Shown here: positions 1 through 10,527 of the stretch, piece by piece
Numbering within the stretch: position 1 is the first letter of the stretch
Layout: every line of letters starts with the position of its first letter
IMG/VR virus record: IMGVR_UViG_3300037502_001322
Coordinates: 39,676 to 103,675 of that record
Reading direction: 5' to 3' (one strand)
Length of the DNA stretch: 64,000 nt
Source: a virus
Made by a program: the position numbers and the translations under genes
The notes under the pieces: model-generated
Database searches by the model: none
Seen by the model: the letters and a program-made list of their open reading frames with translations, nothing else
Told to the model about the DNA's origin: nothing

Positions 1-241
1 GGTCTAAATTAACACCGCCTTTCTTGGCCATTTTAGCTCTTTCACGGGACTCTTTCTTTATTCCATCCACAACCTTTCTTTGTTGTTGGACTTGTGTTTT
101 TGCTACTCTGATTGGATTAGAGACTTTATCCATCATCTTCTTTAATCTATAGATCTCTTGTTTTGCTTTCTTAAAACTTGACCTATCAATCTGAGCAACA
201 ACTTTATTAATTAGCTTGCTGGCTATTAATGTCTTTGCCAT
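1..241 (-). CDS. Tape measure protein, N-terminal part (runs off window start)
   Basis: ATG at 241 after GGAGG; open helical Lys/Gln-rich frame MAKTLIASKLINKVVAQIDRSSFKKAKQE...; directly follows the tail assembly chaperone. Confidence 0.75.
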   Translation of the reverse strand, partial: MAKTLIASKLINKVVAQIDRSSFKKAKQEIYRLKKMMDKVSNPIRVAKTQVQQQRKVVDGIKKESRERAKMAKKGGVNLD

Positions 242-430
242 TTAGCTAACCTCCATTGTTTTTATAAGTAAATGATAACAATAATGATTATTGTTTATGA
301 CTTGCTATAGTTTATAACAAAACCCTTTTAATATCAATTCCATAACATTCTTAGGATATTTCGTAAACTATAGATAAAAGAAAAGCCCCACCTTAAAGAT
401 GGAGCGTTATATGGGGTCACGTTTTATATT

Positions 431-772
431 TTAAACGAAAGGCAGTTTTCCTTTCTGATTCTTATTGTTCTCTGCTTGTTTGCTCTGCTTTTCTGATTCT
501 TTATGTTGGACTTCCTGAATATAATCTTGAATATCCAGAAACTCATTCAACTTAAACAAGTACTCCATATCGTACATATTAAGACTATACCTTGTCTCTG
601 ATACTCGTTTATCTGTTATTACACGCAACAATAGAGAATCTAACCACATTAATGAGTTATGTGTGTTAACGTAAGTTAGTGCGTTCTTTAACCCTCGGGA
701 AAGAGTTGTTTCAAGTGTCCCATTGGAAGTGCTGTTTTGAGAAGGCCGAACAAACCTTTTCTCTTGAAAAAA
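431..772 (-). CDS. Tail assembly chaperone, -1 frameshift extension (GT-like product)
   Basis: Slippery T TTT TTC at 772-766 in the chaperone frame (..NYGPFF); the -1 frame is open from there through the 431..649 ORF to its stop. Confidence 0.75.
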   Translation of the reverse strand, partial: FFQEKRFVRPSQNSTSNGTLETTLSRGLKNALTYVNTHNSLMWLDSLLLRVITDKRVSETRYSLNMYDMEYLFKLNEFLDIQDYIQEVQHKESEKQSKQAENNKNQKGKLPFV

Positions 773-1257
773 GGGCCGTAGTTCACCTCCAGAACTTTAA
801 CCGCAAGGTCGATCATTAGGTAAGGCTCACGACCGAACACTTCATTGATTCTATCACCAACAGCAACAGCAGTATTACCCTGAGCATAGGTAGTGGAGAA
901 CAGAATAGAGAAGAACCGATTAATATCTTCTTCCTGCATAGTCTCAAACAATGTTATGATTGCCATCGGAAGAGATTCTGACAGATTGACAGAAGATGCT
1001 GCTTTCTCCAGTTGGTCAATAGAGGCACCCTTCAATTCACTAACAGCAGAGCCAAGAAGAATAGAAATAGGGGTAATAATAAATTTACCAATGATGGGCA
1101 TATTGGACCAAAAACGATCTGGACCCCAGTGGTTAATAGTAAACATTTTCTTTCCGTCTTCAAACTCAATATCAATATTGGTTTGTTTCATAGAAAGAAT
1201 GCCTTGAGGCGGGGATTGCATTTGATTATAATTCTGATTGGAACCTAAAAGACTCAT
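688..1257 (-). CDS. Tail assembly chaperone
   Basis: Between tube and tape measure genes; VNYGPFF motif carrying the slippery heptamer; SD AGGAG. Confidence 0.8.
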   Translation of the reverse strand: MSLLGSNQNYNQMQSPPQGILSMKQTNIDIEFEDGKKMFTINHWGPDRFWSNMPIIGKFIITPISILLGSAVSELKGASIDQLEKAASSVNLSESLPMAIITLFETMQEEDINRFFSILFSTTYAQGNTAVAVGDRINEVFGREPYLMIDLAVKVLEVNYGPFFKRKGLFGLLKTALPMGHLKQLFPEG

Positions 1258-1444
1258 GCGTTCACTCCTGTGAAATATGAATAGTTTGTTTAAATACGTT
1301 TATAATTTAAAGACTAAATTAACCTACATTATGATAATCTATTTTAACTTTAAAGTCAATGCTTAGTCACTACCCTTTTAAATAAAGAGATGCACTTCCT
1401 TGTGCCGCATTAACCTTTCAGTTAATGAAAATCAGATATTGAAA

Positions 1445-1936
1445 TTAACCAAGAGAGTTGGGGGTGATTGAACCGAGAGCACCAAGACCTGCACCAATAG
1501 CAGATTGACCCATAGATGCATTAGATACCCAAATAGTCCATTCAATTACAGGAATACCATCACCATCTACAGTATAGTCACCTTGTTGCATAACGATACC
1601 TACAGGAGAGATAAGACTCAAACCAGTCGGGTCTTCAAAGTAAACAGGGAAACCTACCAAACGGGAAGCTTTAGAAGCAGTTACCCATGAAGCAAGAATA
1701 GCATTAGTTTCTTTCGCAGTTTCTTGGATTTGAATAGTGATAGTGCCGGATTCATTTCGGTTAATACCAACCGAGAATTCACCATCAGCACCAACCATAG
1801 TGTTGAAATGATCTTCGTTTCGAGAAATAGTTATCTTAGAACCTTCTGCGAAACCATAAGGTTGCCACCCACCAAGCAACAACTTGCAGGATGCTGAGTC
1901 GTACGCACGAGGAAGTGTCAGATACGGATTAGCCAT
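1445..1936 (-). CDS. Tail tube protein (DUF3277-like)
   Basis: GFAEGSKITI..VGADGE..N.SGTITI motifs; immediately downstream of the sheath gene. Confidence 0.85.
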   Translation of the reverse strand: MANPYLTLPRAYDSASCKLLLGGWQPYGFAEGSKITISRNEDHFNTMVGADGEFSVGINRNESGTITIQIQETAKETNAILASWVTASKASRLVGFPVYFEDPTGLSLISPVGIVMQQGDYTVDGDGIPVIEWTIWVSNASMGQSAIGAGLGALGSITPNSLG

Positions 1937-2015
1937 ATTATTTAAAACTCCATAATAAAAGGTTGCTGTCTAAGAGCAACCTTGTTAATCTAAATTTATT
2001 TAATTAAACTGACTC

Positions 2016-3380
2016 TTAGCGGTCGAGAATAACACCAGCACGAATCTTGATGTAATGTACAGGAGTGCGATAAACTACTTCAACAAGCAGGTCGCGCCAA
2101 GTACGATTAGCCAGATCATCAGCAGTGATTTGAGAACGGTCGGGGATGATAATCTTAGGACGCAGGTCAGAAGAGCTTCCATCACTATTTTGAATAAGGC
2201 CATTCTTATCACCAAAGATTGCACCGTTAGCGATATCCCGATTCAAGGGATTATCATACAGAGCTTGAGCAATCAGGGCTGCACCATCTTCATCCATAGT
2301 AACCTTGGAAAGGATATCAGACTTACGTTTCAGCAGACCAAACAGAGACTCTTCAACACGAGAAGCGAAGTACAGAGCATAGTGCATATAGTCAAGAAAT
2401 ACACCAGAAGCCATACGACCGTCACGGTAGAAACCAACACCCTTATCCCGCAGGTACAAGTTACCATTCCAAGTTACGATATTAACTTTCTGGGAGTCAC
2501 TCAGTTTATTAGGAGTAATACCAACAAGAGTTTTACCGTGCATAGTGGAAGTGCCGGGGATAGTAGAAGCATATGCACCAATTACAGCAGCTTCAGGAAC
2601 AGTAGTATCCGCATCTGGTGCCCACATTGCAAAACAAGTGTTATTATAAGCCAGTTCAGCAACTTTCTGAAGAGTGTTGTTAAGGGTATTATCTCTAATA
2701 CCAGTGTCTTGAGAAGACCAAACAAAAATCTTACGATTGGTTTCAGCCCAAGCAGCGGCGGCAAGGACATCAACTTCAGTGTGACTATCCTGAGCTACCC
2801 AGAAGAAAGCATTGGTCTCTTCCAGAATATCATTCAGTGCAGTAGTCACACTCTCAAGAGTAGATGTTACACTCATGTTAGCGGTAACAGAAACAGTGAA
2901 AGTTGCATCAGGAGTAACAGTCAGGGTCAGGGTGCTAATACTTACAACAGCAGTAACTTGTGCAGCAAAAGCAGAAGCATCAATCTGATCTTTGATTTCA
3001 CCAAGAATAGTCGCTTCATCTTCAATGGTCGCTGTGAAAGTGAAGTCAGTATCTACAGCACCATCAGTGAAGGTCACAGTATAAGTTTCAGCAGCGGCAG
3101 TAGGAAGAGTAATAACCCATTCATCAACAGACCGTTTACCTACATAAATTTGAGAGGGTTTAGCAACACCGTTGAACATGTGGGTAGCTGCTTGATAAAC
3201 AACACCGTTTACATCAAAACCGTCATCCTCAAGAGCAGCAGTGGATGTGTAAACACGATAACGTTCAGAGAAATTATTATGAGAGGAGAGGAACAAAGGA
3301 ATGTCGAATTGAGCACCTTCAATTGCTGTTGCTCCAAGAAGCAACTGGACGTCAATTACATTAGGTTCAAAAGTAGCCAT
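2016..3380 (-). CDS. Contractile tail sheath protein (DUF3383-like)
   Basis: 454 aa; ERYRVYTS, PGTST.HGKTLVGI and G.MASG.FLD motifs typical of this sheath family. Confidence 0.9.
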   Translation of the reverse strand: MATFEPNVIDVQLLLGATAIEGAQFDIPLFLSSHNNFSERYRVYTSTAALEDDGFDVNGVVYQAATHMFNGVAKPSQIYVGKRSVDEWVITLPTAAAETYTVTFTDGAVDTDFTFTATIEDEATILGEIKDQIDASAFAAQVTAVVSISTLTLTVTPDATFTVSVTANMSVTSTLESVTTALNDILEETNAFFWVAQDSHTEVDVLAAAAWAETNRKIFVWSSQDTGIRDNTLNNTLQKVAELAYNNTCFAMWAPDADTTVPEAAVIGAYASTIPGTSTMHGKTLVGITPNKLSDSQKVNIVTWNGNLYLRDKGVGFYRDGRMASGVFLDYMHYALYFASRVEESLFGLLKRKSDILSKVTMDEDGAALIAQALYDNPLNRDIANGAIFGDKNGLIQNSDGSSSDLRPKIIIPDRSQITADDLANRTWRDLLVEVVYRTPVHYIKIRAGVILDR

Positions 3381-3426
3381 TATTTATAGGACTCCTTAAT
3401 TAAAAAGATAAAATTGTGTAAGTATT

Positions 3427-4101
3427 TTAAACCCACGTAGCTTCCCAAGTACCATCTAAGGGAAGTTCATAGTTAATATGTTCATAAACAAGATTACTGT
3501 AGGTAATTACCTCCGAAGTGACCCAATATATCCATGATGGGTTCACCGTAAAATTTAAAGGATAATTACCTCCTTCTTCTGTTGTTTTAACATTTACAAA
3601 AAGTTTTTCAGCAATTACGGAAGGAATTGGGTCAGCATCTGAAACACCTATATTAAGAACAACCGTCATTCTTGCTCTTAACTCTTTTTCAGCACCATCA
3701 AGAACAGTATCAGCTTTTGCTACAGAGGATACTTGTGAAACCCCTATCCCAAAATCAAGAAGATGTTTTCTCTTCAAATTGATGTGCTCAAAAGAATGAG
3801 TTATCTGCATTAATCTTGAAGTAGGTCTTCCTCTGAAGCTCATTACCTCTAAAAGGACTTCATACCAATTTATCGCAATCTGCCTATCCTGCGTATCCAA
3901 TTGGTCAGGATAAAAAGACCTTCCTGTACGATTAATATTAGTAACTTGAAGTCCTACATACTCTTCTTCGATTCGAGGCCAATCTCTGTCTAACAAGAAC
4001 ATCTTAACACCGGAAGGTGTCTCATCTGATATTGTTGCTTCTTTTATAAACAAACCCATTTGATTAAGTATGGTATCTTCTATATTATAAAATTCAGCCA
4101 T
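3427..4101 (-). CDS. Tail terminator / neck protein
   Basis: Position just upstream of the sheath gene; size and E.RA motif. Confidence 0.6.
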   Translation of the reverse strand: MAEFYNIEDTILNQMGLFIKEATISDETPSGVKMFLLDRDWPRIEEEYVGLQVTNINRTGRSFYPDQLDTQDRQIAINWYEVLLEVMSFRGRPTSRLMQITHSFEHINLKRKHLLDFGIGVSQVSSVAKADTVLDGAEKELRARMTVVLNIGVSDADPIPSVIAEKLFVNVKTTEEGGNYPLNFTVNPSWIYWVTSEVITYSNLVYEHINYELPLDGTWEATWV

Positions 4102-4110
4102 AATTAATCC

Positions 4111-4512
4111 TTATTCATTATTAGGGTCTTTGACAACAACAGCATGATAATGCGGTATTAGCTGATTGTTCCATTTCTTAACACTAATGACTGTGAATAG
4201 GGAAACACCATTGACACCATCTATTTCCAACTGGTCAGAGATTTGATTTGTCCCTTCAACTGCAACAGTTATTGGAGTATTGGTAAAAACGTTATATGCT
4301 TCTTTTGCACGTAACCCCTCATCTAATACTTGTAACTGTTGTCCAGTTAGAGGTTGTACCGTGCAGCGTAATGCAGCAAAAGGTGTGGATGTTGTGCTCT
4401 CTAAGTCATTCTCAAAAACACCACCGGTTTCTTTTACAACAAACCTGTGATATCCTTGAAGTGTTATTCTTGGGATGAATCCGGAATTGCGGAGATAAGT
4501 GAATTGCAACAA
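4111..4512 (-). CDS. Head-closure / head-tail adaptor
   Basis: CTVQPLTGQQLQVLDEGLR..D.L...HYHAVVV pattern; neck cluster. Confidence 0.65.
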   Translation of the reverse strand: MLQFTYLRNSGFIPRITLQGYHRFVVKETGGVFENDLESTTSTPFAALRCTVQPLTGQQLQVLDEGLRAKEAYNVFTNTPITVAVEGTNQISDQLEIDGVNGVSLFTVISVKKWNNQLIPHYHAVVVKDPNNE

Positions 4513-4617
4513 ACCTCCTAAAAGATTTCTAAAGATTTATTAAATTGATTATTGACTTATAATCTCAGGATATTAACTTAACTAAGTTTAACACAATAGT
4601 TAAACAAATTCAACAAT

Positions 4618-5172
4618 TTACCTTTTCTTCTTAAAAGGATTGGATGTAAATGTATACTTATAAGGAGTATTCTTTGTGTAGCCGTAAGTTTTAGCATCAT
4701 ATCTCATTTTCCACCCGAGCCTAAACTTAAGACATTTTCCGGGTAAGGTTTTTATGAATGCCCTTATTTGGTAGTAATGTGTTCCCTTAATATACGTAAA
4801 AGACCACCCTGCTTTATAAGGGTCGTCGTTGCTGTCTAAGTCCCCCTTAACCACAATAGTTTCACCTTGTTCTATATGACAAGCTAAAACACTCCACGAG
4901 AAACCATAAGCAGGATTGCGGATCAACCACAGCATCCTACGGATATATTTAGGCCATCTTAGACTAACTACATTAACAAACCCGGAATCTCCATCTAAAG
5001 GAGCGTCCGGCGTTTGAAACCAAGATAAATAAGTGGGCAGTTTATCTTTACCTATAGCAAACAAAGGTAAGATTGGGCTGAGTAAGTAACACAAGAATAT
5101 CACAGTTAAGTGTATGGGTAGAATTATTATTGATAAAATAAACCCCCAAACAAGTTTAATTGATTGTTTCAT
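4618..5172 (-). CDS. Conserved phage membrane-anchored hypothetical protein
   Basis: N-terminal TM segment; WFQTPD.PLDGD and WL.RNPAYGF motifs. Confidence 0.6.
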   Translation of the reverse strand: MKQSIKLVWGFILSIIILPIHLTVIFLCYLLSPILPLFAIGKDKLPTYLSWFQTPDAPLDGDSGFVNVVSLRWPKYIRRMLWLIRNPAYGFSWSVLACHIEQGETIVVKGDLDSNDDPYKAGWSFTYIKGTHYYQIRAFIKTLPGKCLKFRLGWKMRYDAKTYGYTKNTPYKYTFTSNPFKKKR

Positions 5173-5174
5173 AA

Positions 5175-5645
5175 TTATTCCCCATCACCTTCATCCTTTC
5201 CAACTTTAAACTTAGAATCATTTCTTAATTGTTTTGTGTCAACAAGAATAGTGTCATGTCCTTTCTTAGCCACTGTCTCAGGTTTCAAAGGAATGAAGTC
5301 TTGACTGTCAATGGACTCTGCTATAGCCTTCTGTCCTAATTTGCCAATTTTGGTGTATGCGACATTGGGTTTGATTCCTAAAGCAATAGCATCACCTATA
5401 ACATCTGCAATACGGATATCACCGTACATATTATTACCAGCCATGGTCATAAAAGGACGAGAAGGAATATTATTTTTAGTAGAACCAAATTCATGAATAG
5501 CAGCTAAGTCGCTCATAGCTAATCCGGAAGATTCGTGAGTGTGTTCTTCGAAATATCCTATTTCAACACAGTTTTCTTCAAGTTCTTTTAGGTTATCAAA
5601 TATCTCATCCCATCTATCAAATTCAAAATAAGAGCTACCTTTCAT
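5175..5645 (-). CDS. Tail completion / neck protein
   Basis: AAIHEFG..IPSRPF and T..KKG....L.DT..L motifs. Confidence 0.75.
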   Translation of the reverse strand: MKGSSYFEFDRWDEIFDNLKELEENCVEIGYFEEHTHESSGLAMSDLAAIHEFGSTKNNIPSRPFMTMAGNNMYGDIRIADVIGDAIALGIKPNVAYTKIGKLGQKAIAESIDSQDFIPLKPETVAKKGHDTILVDTKQLRNDSKFKVGKDEGDGE

Positions 5646-5658
5646 AATAGCCTCTTAA

Positions 5659-6507
5659 TTAGAATCCAGCGGGAAGAGGAAGATCAGGGTTTCCTTCATA
5701 CCATGTAATATAAGCAGAGACTTGTTGAGATTGTGTGTCTATACCAACAGAGCTGAAACGCAGGAGATATGATGTGTTAGGTCTCATTATCCGTTCTTTA
5801 CCAACATCACCAGAACCACCAGTAGCTTGGTTTTGAGATGAACCAAAGAAGAAATCATCAGCGAATATTTTAGTTCCTACAGCAGTCACTGTTGGTGCAG
5901 ACAGTAGAGTAACTGTACTGACTTGTGGATTAATATCATTATGGTTTTGGAAGGGGTCTGAAACACCTCCAGTGTAAGTTGGAGAACGTCTGATCTGAGC
6001 AACAAGACCTACACCACTATAACTGAATGACCTTTCTTTAAGAATAACAGGTTTACTTCCAGTAACAAAGATAGAATCTATATTACCTGAGCCCGGAAGA
6101 GTTATCAAACGAGAGGCTTCAAATTGCAGCCCATTTTTGATGTTAGACTCAATATAAAACTGGACATTCATGGCTCTGTTACCATTATATATCCCTGCCG
6201 GGGCTGGTTCACTTCCTATATAATCATCAAGACGTTGAACACTAACTTTACAACCAATATTCTGTGCTTTAAGATAAACTCCTTTAGTCTCAGGAGATAC
6301 AGGGAATGTGTGGTTTACACCAGACCCATAAGGAGATAGAACAATACCACCAACATCTTCAGCTTGAGGTGCGATATCTGAGATATATACAGAAAGATAA
6401 CCAGAACCTTTATTTTGGATAATTAAAGGAAGTCCTTGTGGAAAACCTGTGACTTGATAAACATCAACCCATTGATTAACACCAACAGATATATCTAAAG
6501 TCGCCAT
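5659..6507 (-). CDS. Hypothetical virion-associated protein
   Basis: 282-aa beta-rich ORF in the head-neck module with SD AAGGA. Confidence 0.55.
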   Translation of the reverse strand: MATLDISVGVNQWVDVYQVTGFPQGLPLIIQNKGSGYLSVYISDIAPQAEDVGGIVLSPYGSGVNHTFPVSPETKGVYLKAQNIGCKVSVQRLDDYIGSEPAPAGIYNGNRAMNVQFYIESNIKNGLQFEASRLITLPGSGNIDSIFVTGSKPVILKERSFSYSGVGLVAQIRRSPTYTGGVSDPFQNHNDINPQVSTVTLLSAPTVTAVGTKIFADDFFFGSSQNQATGGSGDVGKERIMRPNTSYLLRFSSVGIDTQSQQVSAYITWYEGNPDLPLPAGF

Positions 6508-6525
6508 AATGTGTTATCCTTATTG

Positions 6526-7044
6526 TTAGTTATAGAATCGACGACGAGGTGATTTAAAGTTTGAACTATAAATGTTATCTGGACAAAACTCGTCAGAGTA
6601 GAACTCTCCTAATGAATATCCGTTGCCACGAGAGTCAAAGTCATTCTTAACGCGAGCAACTTCTTCTTGTGAAACACCACCAACGATAATGTTATTGAAT
6701 GTGGATTTAGTTAGCGATGGGTCAACAATGTTAGGGTTAGCTAAAAGGTACTCTAAGAACTTACGATAACCAGTTGAAGGGTCTGCATCAGTCCTATCAA
6801 TCTGAAGTTGTCCTTCCATCTCATAGTGCCTACCAGAGATAGCTTGTGTGGATAGTTGAAGAATAGTCCAGTTGAGTGTGTCAACCATTGCATTATAAAT
6901 GACGATATAATCATTATCTGGGGTTGACGCCAACTGAGTTTCCCAACGAATGACAAATAAGTTAATCATTGTGTCAGGAATCAGGACTGTGTCAGGAAGA
7001 AAGAGTCGAATATAATCAACTTTCTCTTGTGTGGTGAGAGCCAT
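6526..7044 (-). CDS. Head-tail connector/adaptor
   Basis: First structural gene after the capsid/endonuclease pair; C-terminal GGVS..E motif. Confidence 0.6.
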   Translation of the reverse strand: MALTTQEKVDYIRLFLPDTVLIPDTMINLFVIRWETQLASTPDNDYIVIYNAMVDTLNWTILQLSTQAISGRHYEMEGQLQIDRTDADPSTGYRKFLEYLLANPNIVDPSLTKSTFNNIIVGGVSQEEVARVKNDFDSRGNGYSLGEFYSDEFCPDNIYSSNFKSPRRRFYN

Positions 7045-7199
7045 TATTAACTCCTTGTTTAATAAGAGAGATTATCATTTGATTTGTTATTTAAACAAAC
7101 ATAGTTTAACATATTCTTAAACCAAAAGAAATAAAACACAAAACAATCTGAGGATTGGTTAATGAAATATATTGACTTTCATTTGGATTTGATATAAAA

Positions 7200-7230
7200 G
7201 AAAACCATCTATCGGTTAGGACAGATGGTT
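7200..7230 (-). terminator. Intrinsic terminator
   Basis: AACCATCTGTC-loop-GATAGATGGTT followed by a T-run on the minus strand. Confidence 0.65.
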
Positions 7231-7288
7231 AAGAATGGCAATATAAATTATAGTGTAAATTATAATATTAACTACTGATAGTTTATTA

Positions 7289-8638
7289 TTACTCTTTATA
7301 TTTGTAGTCCTCTGGATTCAAACCGTAGTTAGTTTTAATATAGTCGAGAATCTTGGGTAAATTTTTGACTTGAGTTGTTTCTGTGTACCCATCAGGCATT
7401 GTATTTTTAGTTACAAACTTAGTACCTACCAACTTCTTAATCTCACTCTCCAACTCTCGTATAAATCTTCCATCTGAAGATTTAAACTCATACAATATCC
7501 TTGGAACATATTTAGTGTACCTTCTCTGGTATGAAACCCTACCATTAACATCAAGGTTAGTTATTCCGTATTTTAAGAATGATAAGTTATCTTTATTCCA
7601 CACAACTAAGTACAACGAACCCGGTTTTATATTATTAAACCCTGCTTTTGCATGATTTGGACAGCCACTACCGTTCAAATGAGATGTAGCGGACTGTACA
7701 AAATATTCTGAACAAACTTTACAGTAAATCTCTACTTTATATTTAGCTTGTACGTATATTGTATTTGAGTAATCATACTCGTTATCTGGATGTACTTTCT
7801 TAGCTTTCATTATAAACTCTTCGATATTACTAAGAACTTGTTTCCTTTTAAATTCCTTTAAGCACAACGGGCAGCCTCCATTACCGCTAAGATGAAGGTG
7901 AGGTAGTTGCTCAAACTCATGGGAATGTTTATTACATATAATTTTAACTTTTGTCTTTGTATTAAGATATATAGCATTTCTATAATCATATTTATCACCG
8001 TGCATCTTTACAGCACGACTAATAAAAGACTCGATGTTTCCTCTACAAGAATCTTTTGCACATAAAGGACAGCCTGAACCAAGCAAGTGTTTATTGGGAG
8101 TCTGTAGGAATTCTCCGTGCAATTTACAAACTATAGCTACTTTAGTTGATACGTTTTTATAATCAACTTTAGAATAGTCATATTTGTTATTGTGTATCAC
8201 TGTAGCATCATTTGTAAAAGATTCTGCACTTCTTTTCTTACCGCAAGGATGGCACTTTTTATGATTTGCTCCTTTCAAATGAGAATTAGGAGTTTGCTCA
8301 AAATGTTCTTTACATTTATTACACCAAATAGTAACTTTTGTTCTGGTATTTTTATAGATCACTTCAGAATAATCATATTTACTCCCATGCTTTTTCTTTG
8401 CTTCCTCTATAAAACTTTCCTTATCTACAGCTTTGTACACGTCTCCACAGAGACGACAGCCACTCTTCCCATAAATGTGGCTTGAAGGTGTCTTCTCAAA
8501 GATAATATTGTGTTCAGGACATATTATTTTTACTTTAGTTATATTATTTTTGTACTCTACCAATGAGTAATCATACTTTCCTTTACCGTGAACTTCCTCG
8601 GCGTGTTTGATAAATTCTTCTTTTGTTTTTCTTGTCAC
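7289..8638 (-). CDS. Free-standing homing endonuclease-like protein: five DUF723-type zinc-ribbon repeats plus C-terminal GIY-YIG-like nuclease domain
   Basis: Five repeats FI..A...H..KYDYS...Y.N..TKV.I.C..H..F.Q.P..HL.G.GC..C; tail LYLV..LKYGITN..R..E. Confidence 0.75.
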   Translation of the reverse strand: MTRKTKEEFIKHAEEVHGKGKYDYSLVEYKNNITKVKIICPEHNIIFEKTPSSHIYGKSGCRLCGDVYKAVDKESFIEEAKKKHGSKYDYSEVIYKNTRTKVTIWCNKCKEHFEQTPNSHLKGANHKKCHPCGKKRSAESFTNDATVIHNNKYDYSKVDYKNVSTKVAIVCKLHGEFLQTPNKHLLGSGCPLCAKDSCRGNIESFISRAVKMHGDKYDYRNAIYLNTKTKVKIICNKHSHEFEQLPHLHLSGNGGCPLCLKEFKRKQVLSNIEEFIMKAKKVHPDNEYDYSNTIYVQAKYKVEIYCKVCSEYFVQSATSHLNGSGCPNHAKAGFNNIKPGSLYLVVWNKDNLSFLKYGITNLDVNGRVSYQRRYTKYVPRILYEFKSSDGRFIRELESEIKKLVGTKFVTKNTMPDGYTETTQVKNLPKILDYIKTNYGLNPEDYKYKE

Positions 8639-8654
8639 ACTTTTCTCCTGATAT

Positions 8655-8700
8655 AAAATAACCCTATCCAGAATTATATCTGGATAGGGTTTAATGTCAA
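8655..8700 (-). promoter_or_regulatory. Capsid-gene terminator hairpin with embedded sigma70 promoter for the endonuclease gene
   Basis: 13-bp stem 8660-8672/8679-8691 with loop TATAAT; TTGACA at 8700-8695 (16-bp spacer); ATTTT tail. Confidence 0.7.
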
Positions 8701-8725
8701 GAGTTAAATTGTAATTTCGAAACTA

Positions 8726-10025
8726 TTACACGAGCACTGCGGTACTGTGTACGATAACCTCCGGCTTCACAGGAACAGCAAGAACGGAAGTTTCGCTCTC
8801 CAGTCGGTAAGAACGGTTAAAACTATCTTCCTTATAAAGGAGAGTCAATTCTTGACCGGGCTGGTTAGCCATAGCAGCGTCATCTGCTGGAGCAAAGTAC
8901 AGACGGAACATATCATCGTTAGAGGAAACCCAAGGCATAACTACGGCCTTATCAGCATCCAAATAATCGTTGATAACTTCAATTATAAACAGACCTTTGT
9001 GGCTGAAAGTACGGTTGATAGCGTTACCACCCAGTCGCTTACGCAGAGGGTCTTGTTCACTGGAGTAATACTGGTATGCGGCCTGCACGATAGGATGCTG
9101 AATGAGCTTACTAAAGTAAGATTTACCAGCAAACATAACCAGTTGGTACTCAGTCATCATATCCTGAGCATTTACAGCAATGTGCTGACGAGCTTCTTCC
9201 AAAGTCTCAAAGGGGTCAGTGGTTGCATCAGTCAGATCAACACCAACCTGCTTCTTAGTAACACCAAAAGCGGTGTAGTAATCGTATGCAGGTGTCACAC
9301 CCTCACCTTCATAGGAAGTACCGTTGAAGATACAAGCAGACAGTACGCGCTCTTTCAGTTGAGCGTGCATACGGGTAATACGTTGCATGATGCGGATAAC
9401 TTCATCTTGCAGGGTTTTGGACTCATCACCAGAACCATACTTGCGAAAGTTCTGAATGTCTTCAGGTCGAATGTTACGCCTTTTATTCGAGTAAAGTCGC
9501 TACACTTTACCCCGTTCTCTTATGAACTGCTTATAGTTTCCTATAAGAGTAGACTATATCACGGTCTTCGATTAAAATCGTTAAGACCCCTACCACTTCG
9601 AACACCAATCGCTTGTGTTCTACTCCCACTCACGGGATAGTCGTTGAACCTTCTTCTCTGTGAGAAGCTTGGCTGCTGATTGCCCTCGTCTTGACCGATA
9701 CGTTAGGGGTTTCCAGCAATTCAATAGGTTTTCACTTAATCATTTCTGATAAAGGGGACTGCATTCAATCCAGAGGGAAAAACGGAACGTTGAAGTTCAC
9801 AGTTTGCGCGGTTTCAGAAGAAACGAAATTGCGCTCGCCGCCCCTACTACGTGCAGCAAACAAACCGTTAACTTCTTGAACACGTTCTACTTGGGCGACA
9901 GTAGTAGAAATATTATGAACACTGAACATATCCATACCGGTCAGCAGGGACCAAGTACGTGGCAGTAAATTGATCTCCGAACTATAATCCAAGAGCAGGA
10001 AATCGGATGCGCGGGTAGTTGCCAT
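8726..10025 (-). CDS. Major capsid protein, spliced: exons 10025-9768 and 9478-8726 (336 aa)
   Basis: Removing the group I intron restores ..NVPFFPLD|RNIRPEDIQNFRKYG.., a Phage_cap_E-like sequence; follows the decoration and scaffold genes. Confidence 0.92.
9479..9767 (-). ncRNA. Group I intron (IA-type, ORF-less, 289 nt) in the major capsid gene
   Basis: P1 GGAU|..GUCC with U.G pair; P AAUUGCUGGAAA; Q AAUCAGCAG; R GGUUCAACGACUA; S GAUAUAGUC; P7.1/P7.2 insertion; terminal G; frame restored on splicing. Confidence 0.92.
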
Positions 10026-10101
10026 TATTTAAAACTCCTAAATGAGAAAAGTTTATCTATTGTAGATATCTATTATTGAAATAAAATGCTGTTAATAACT
10101 G

Positions 10102-10527
10102 TTAAGCTTCAACGGCGGCGGCAGTGCCAAACACTTTATCAGTAACTTTGTTAGCACCAGCAGCTTCAAAAGCAGCGATAGCGGTAGCAGAAGCAGCTTT
10201 AGCAGCACCAGTAGTGCCGTCAGCCATCTTCACGTAGTTCTTATTCACGGTAACACCACGCTTAGCAACAACCAGAACATGATCCCCAGCAGCCAGACCG
10301 TCACCTTGGTCAACACGAACGTCAACCAGAACAGCAACAGCGTCAGCTTCAGTGGTAGAGGCGCCATCTACTACGTTAATCAGTTTAGTACCGGAGACTT
10401 CCAGCAGCATACCAGCGGTAGAAGCGGCAGTAACGGTCACAGTAGCTTCTTCGAAAGACCAGCCCAAATCGCTTGACTGAACACCACCGAGAACTACATC
10501 ACTATAAAATTTTTCAAGAGTAGCCAT
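10102..10527 (-). CDS. Head decoration/stabilisation protein
   Basis: 141-aa Ala-rich ORF with high-expression codon bias, directly upstream of the capsid gene. Confidence 0.7.
   Translation of the reverse strand: MATLEKFYSDVVLGGVQSSDLGWSFEEATVTVTAASTAGMLLEVSGTKLINVVDGASTTEADAVAVLVDVRVDQGDGLAAGDHVLVVAKRGVTVNKNYVKMADGTTGAAKAASATAIAAFEAAGANKVTDKVFGTAAAVEA

Noticed and set aside
2055-3389. 444-aa plus-strand ORF antisense to the sheath gene
   Set aside because: Shadow of biased codon usage on the coding strand; Ser/Ile-rich with no motifs or SD.
8747-9640. 297-aa plus-strand ORF overlapping the capsid gene and intron, considered as an intron-encoded protein
   Set aside because: Antisense to the intron and capsid gene, with no endonuclease motifs.
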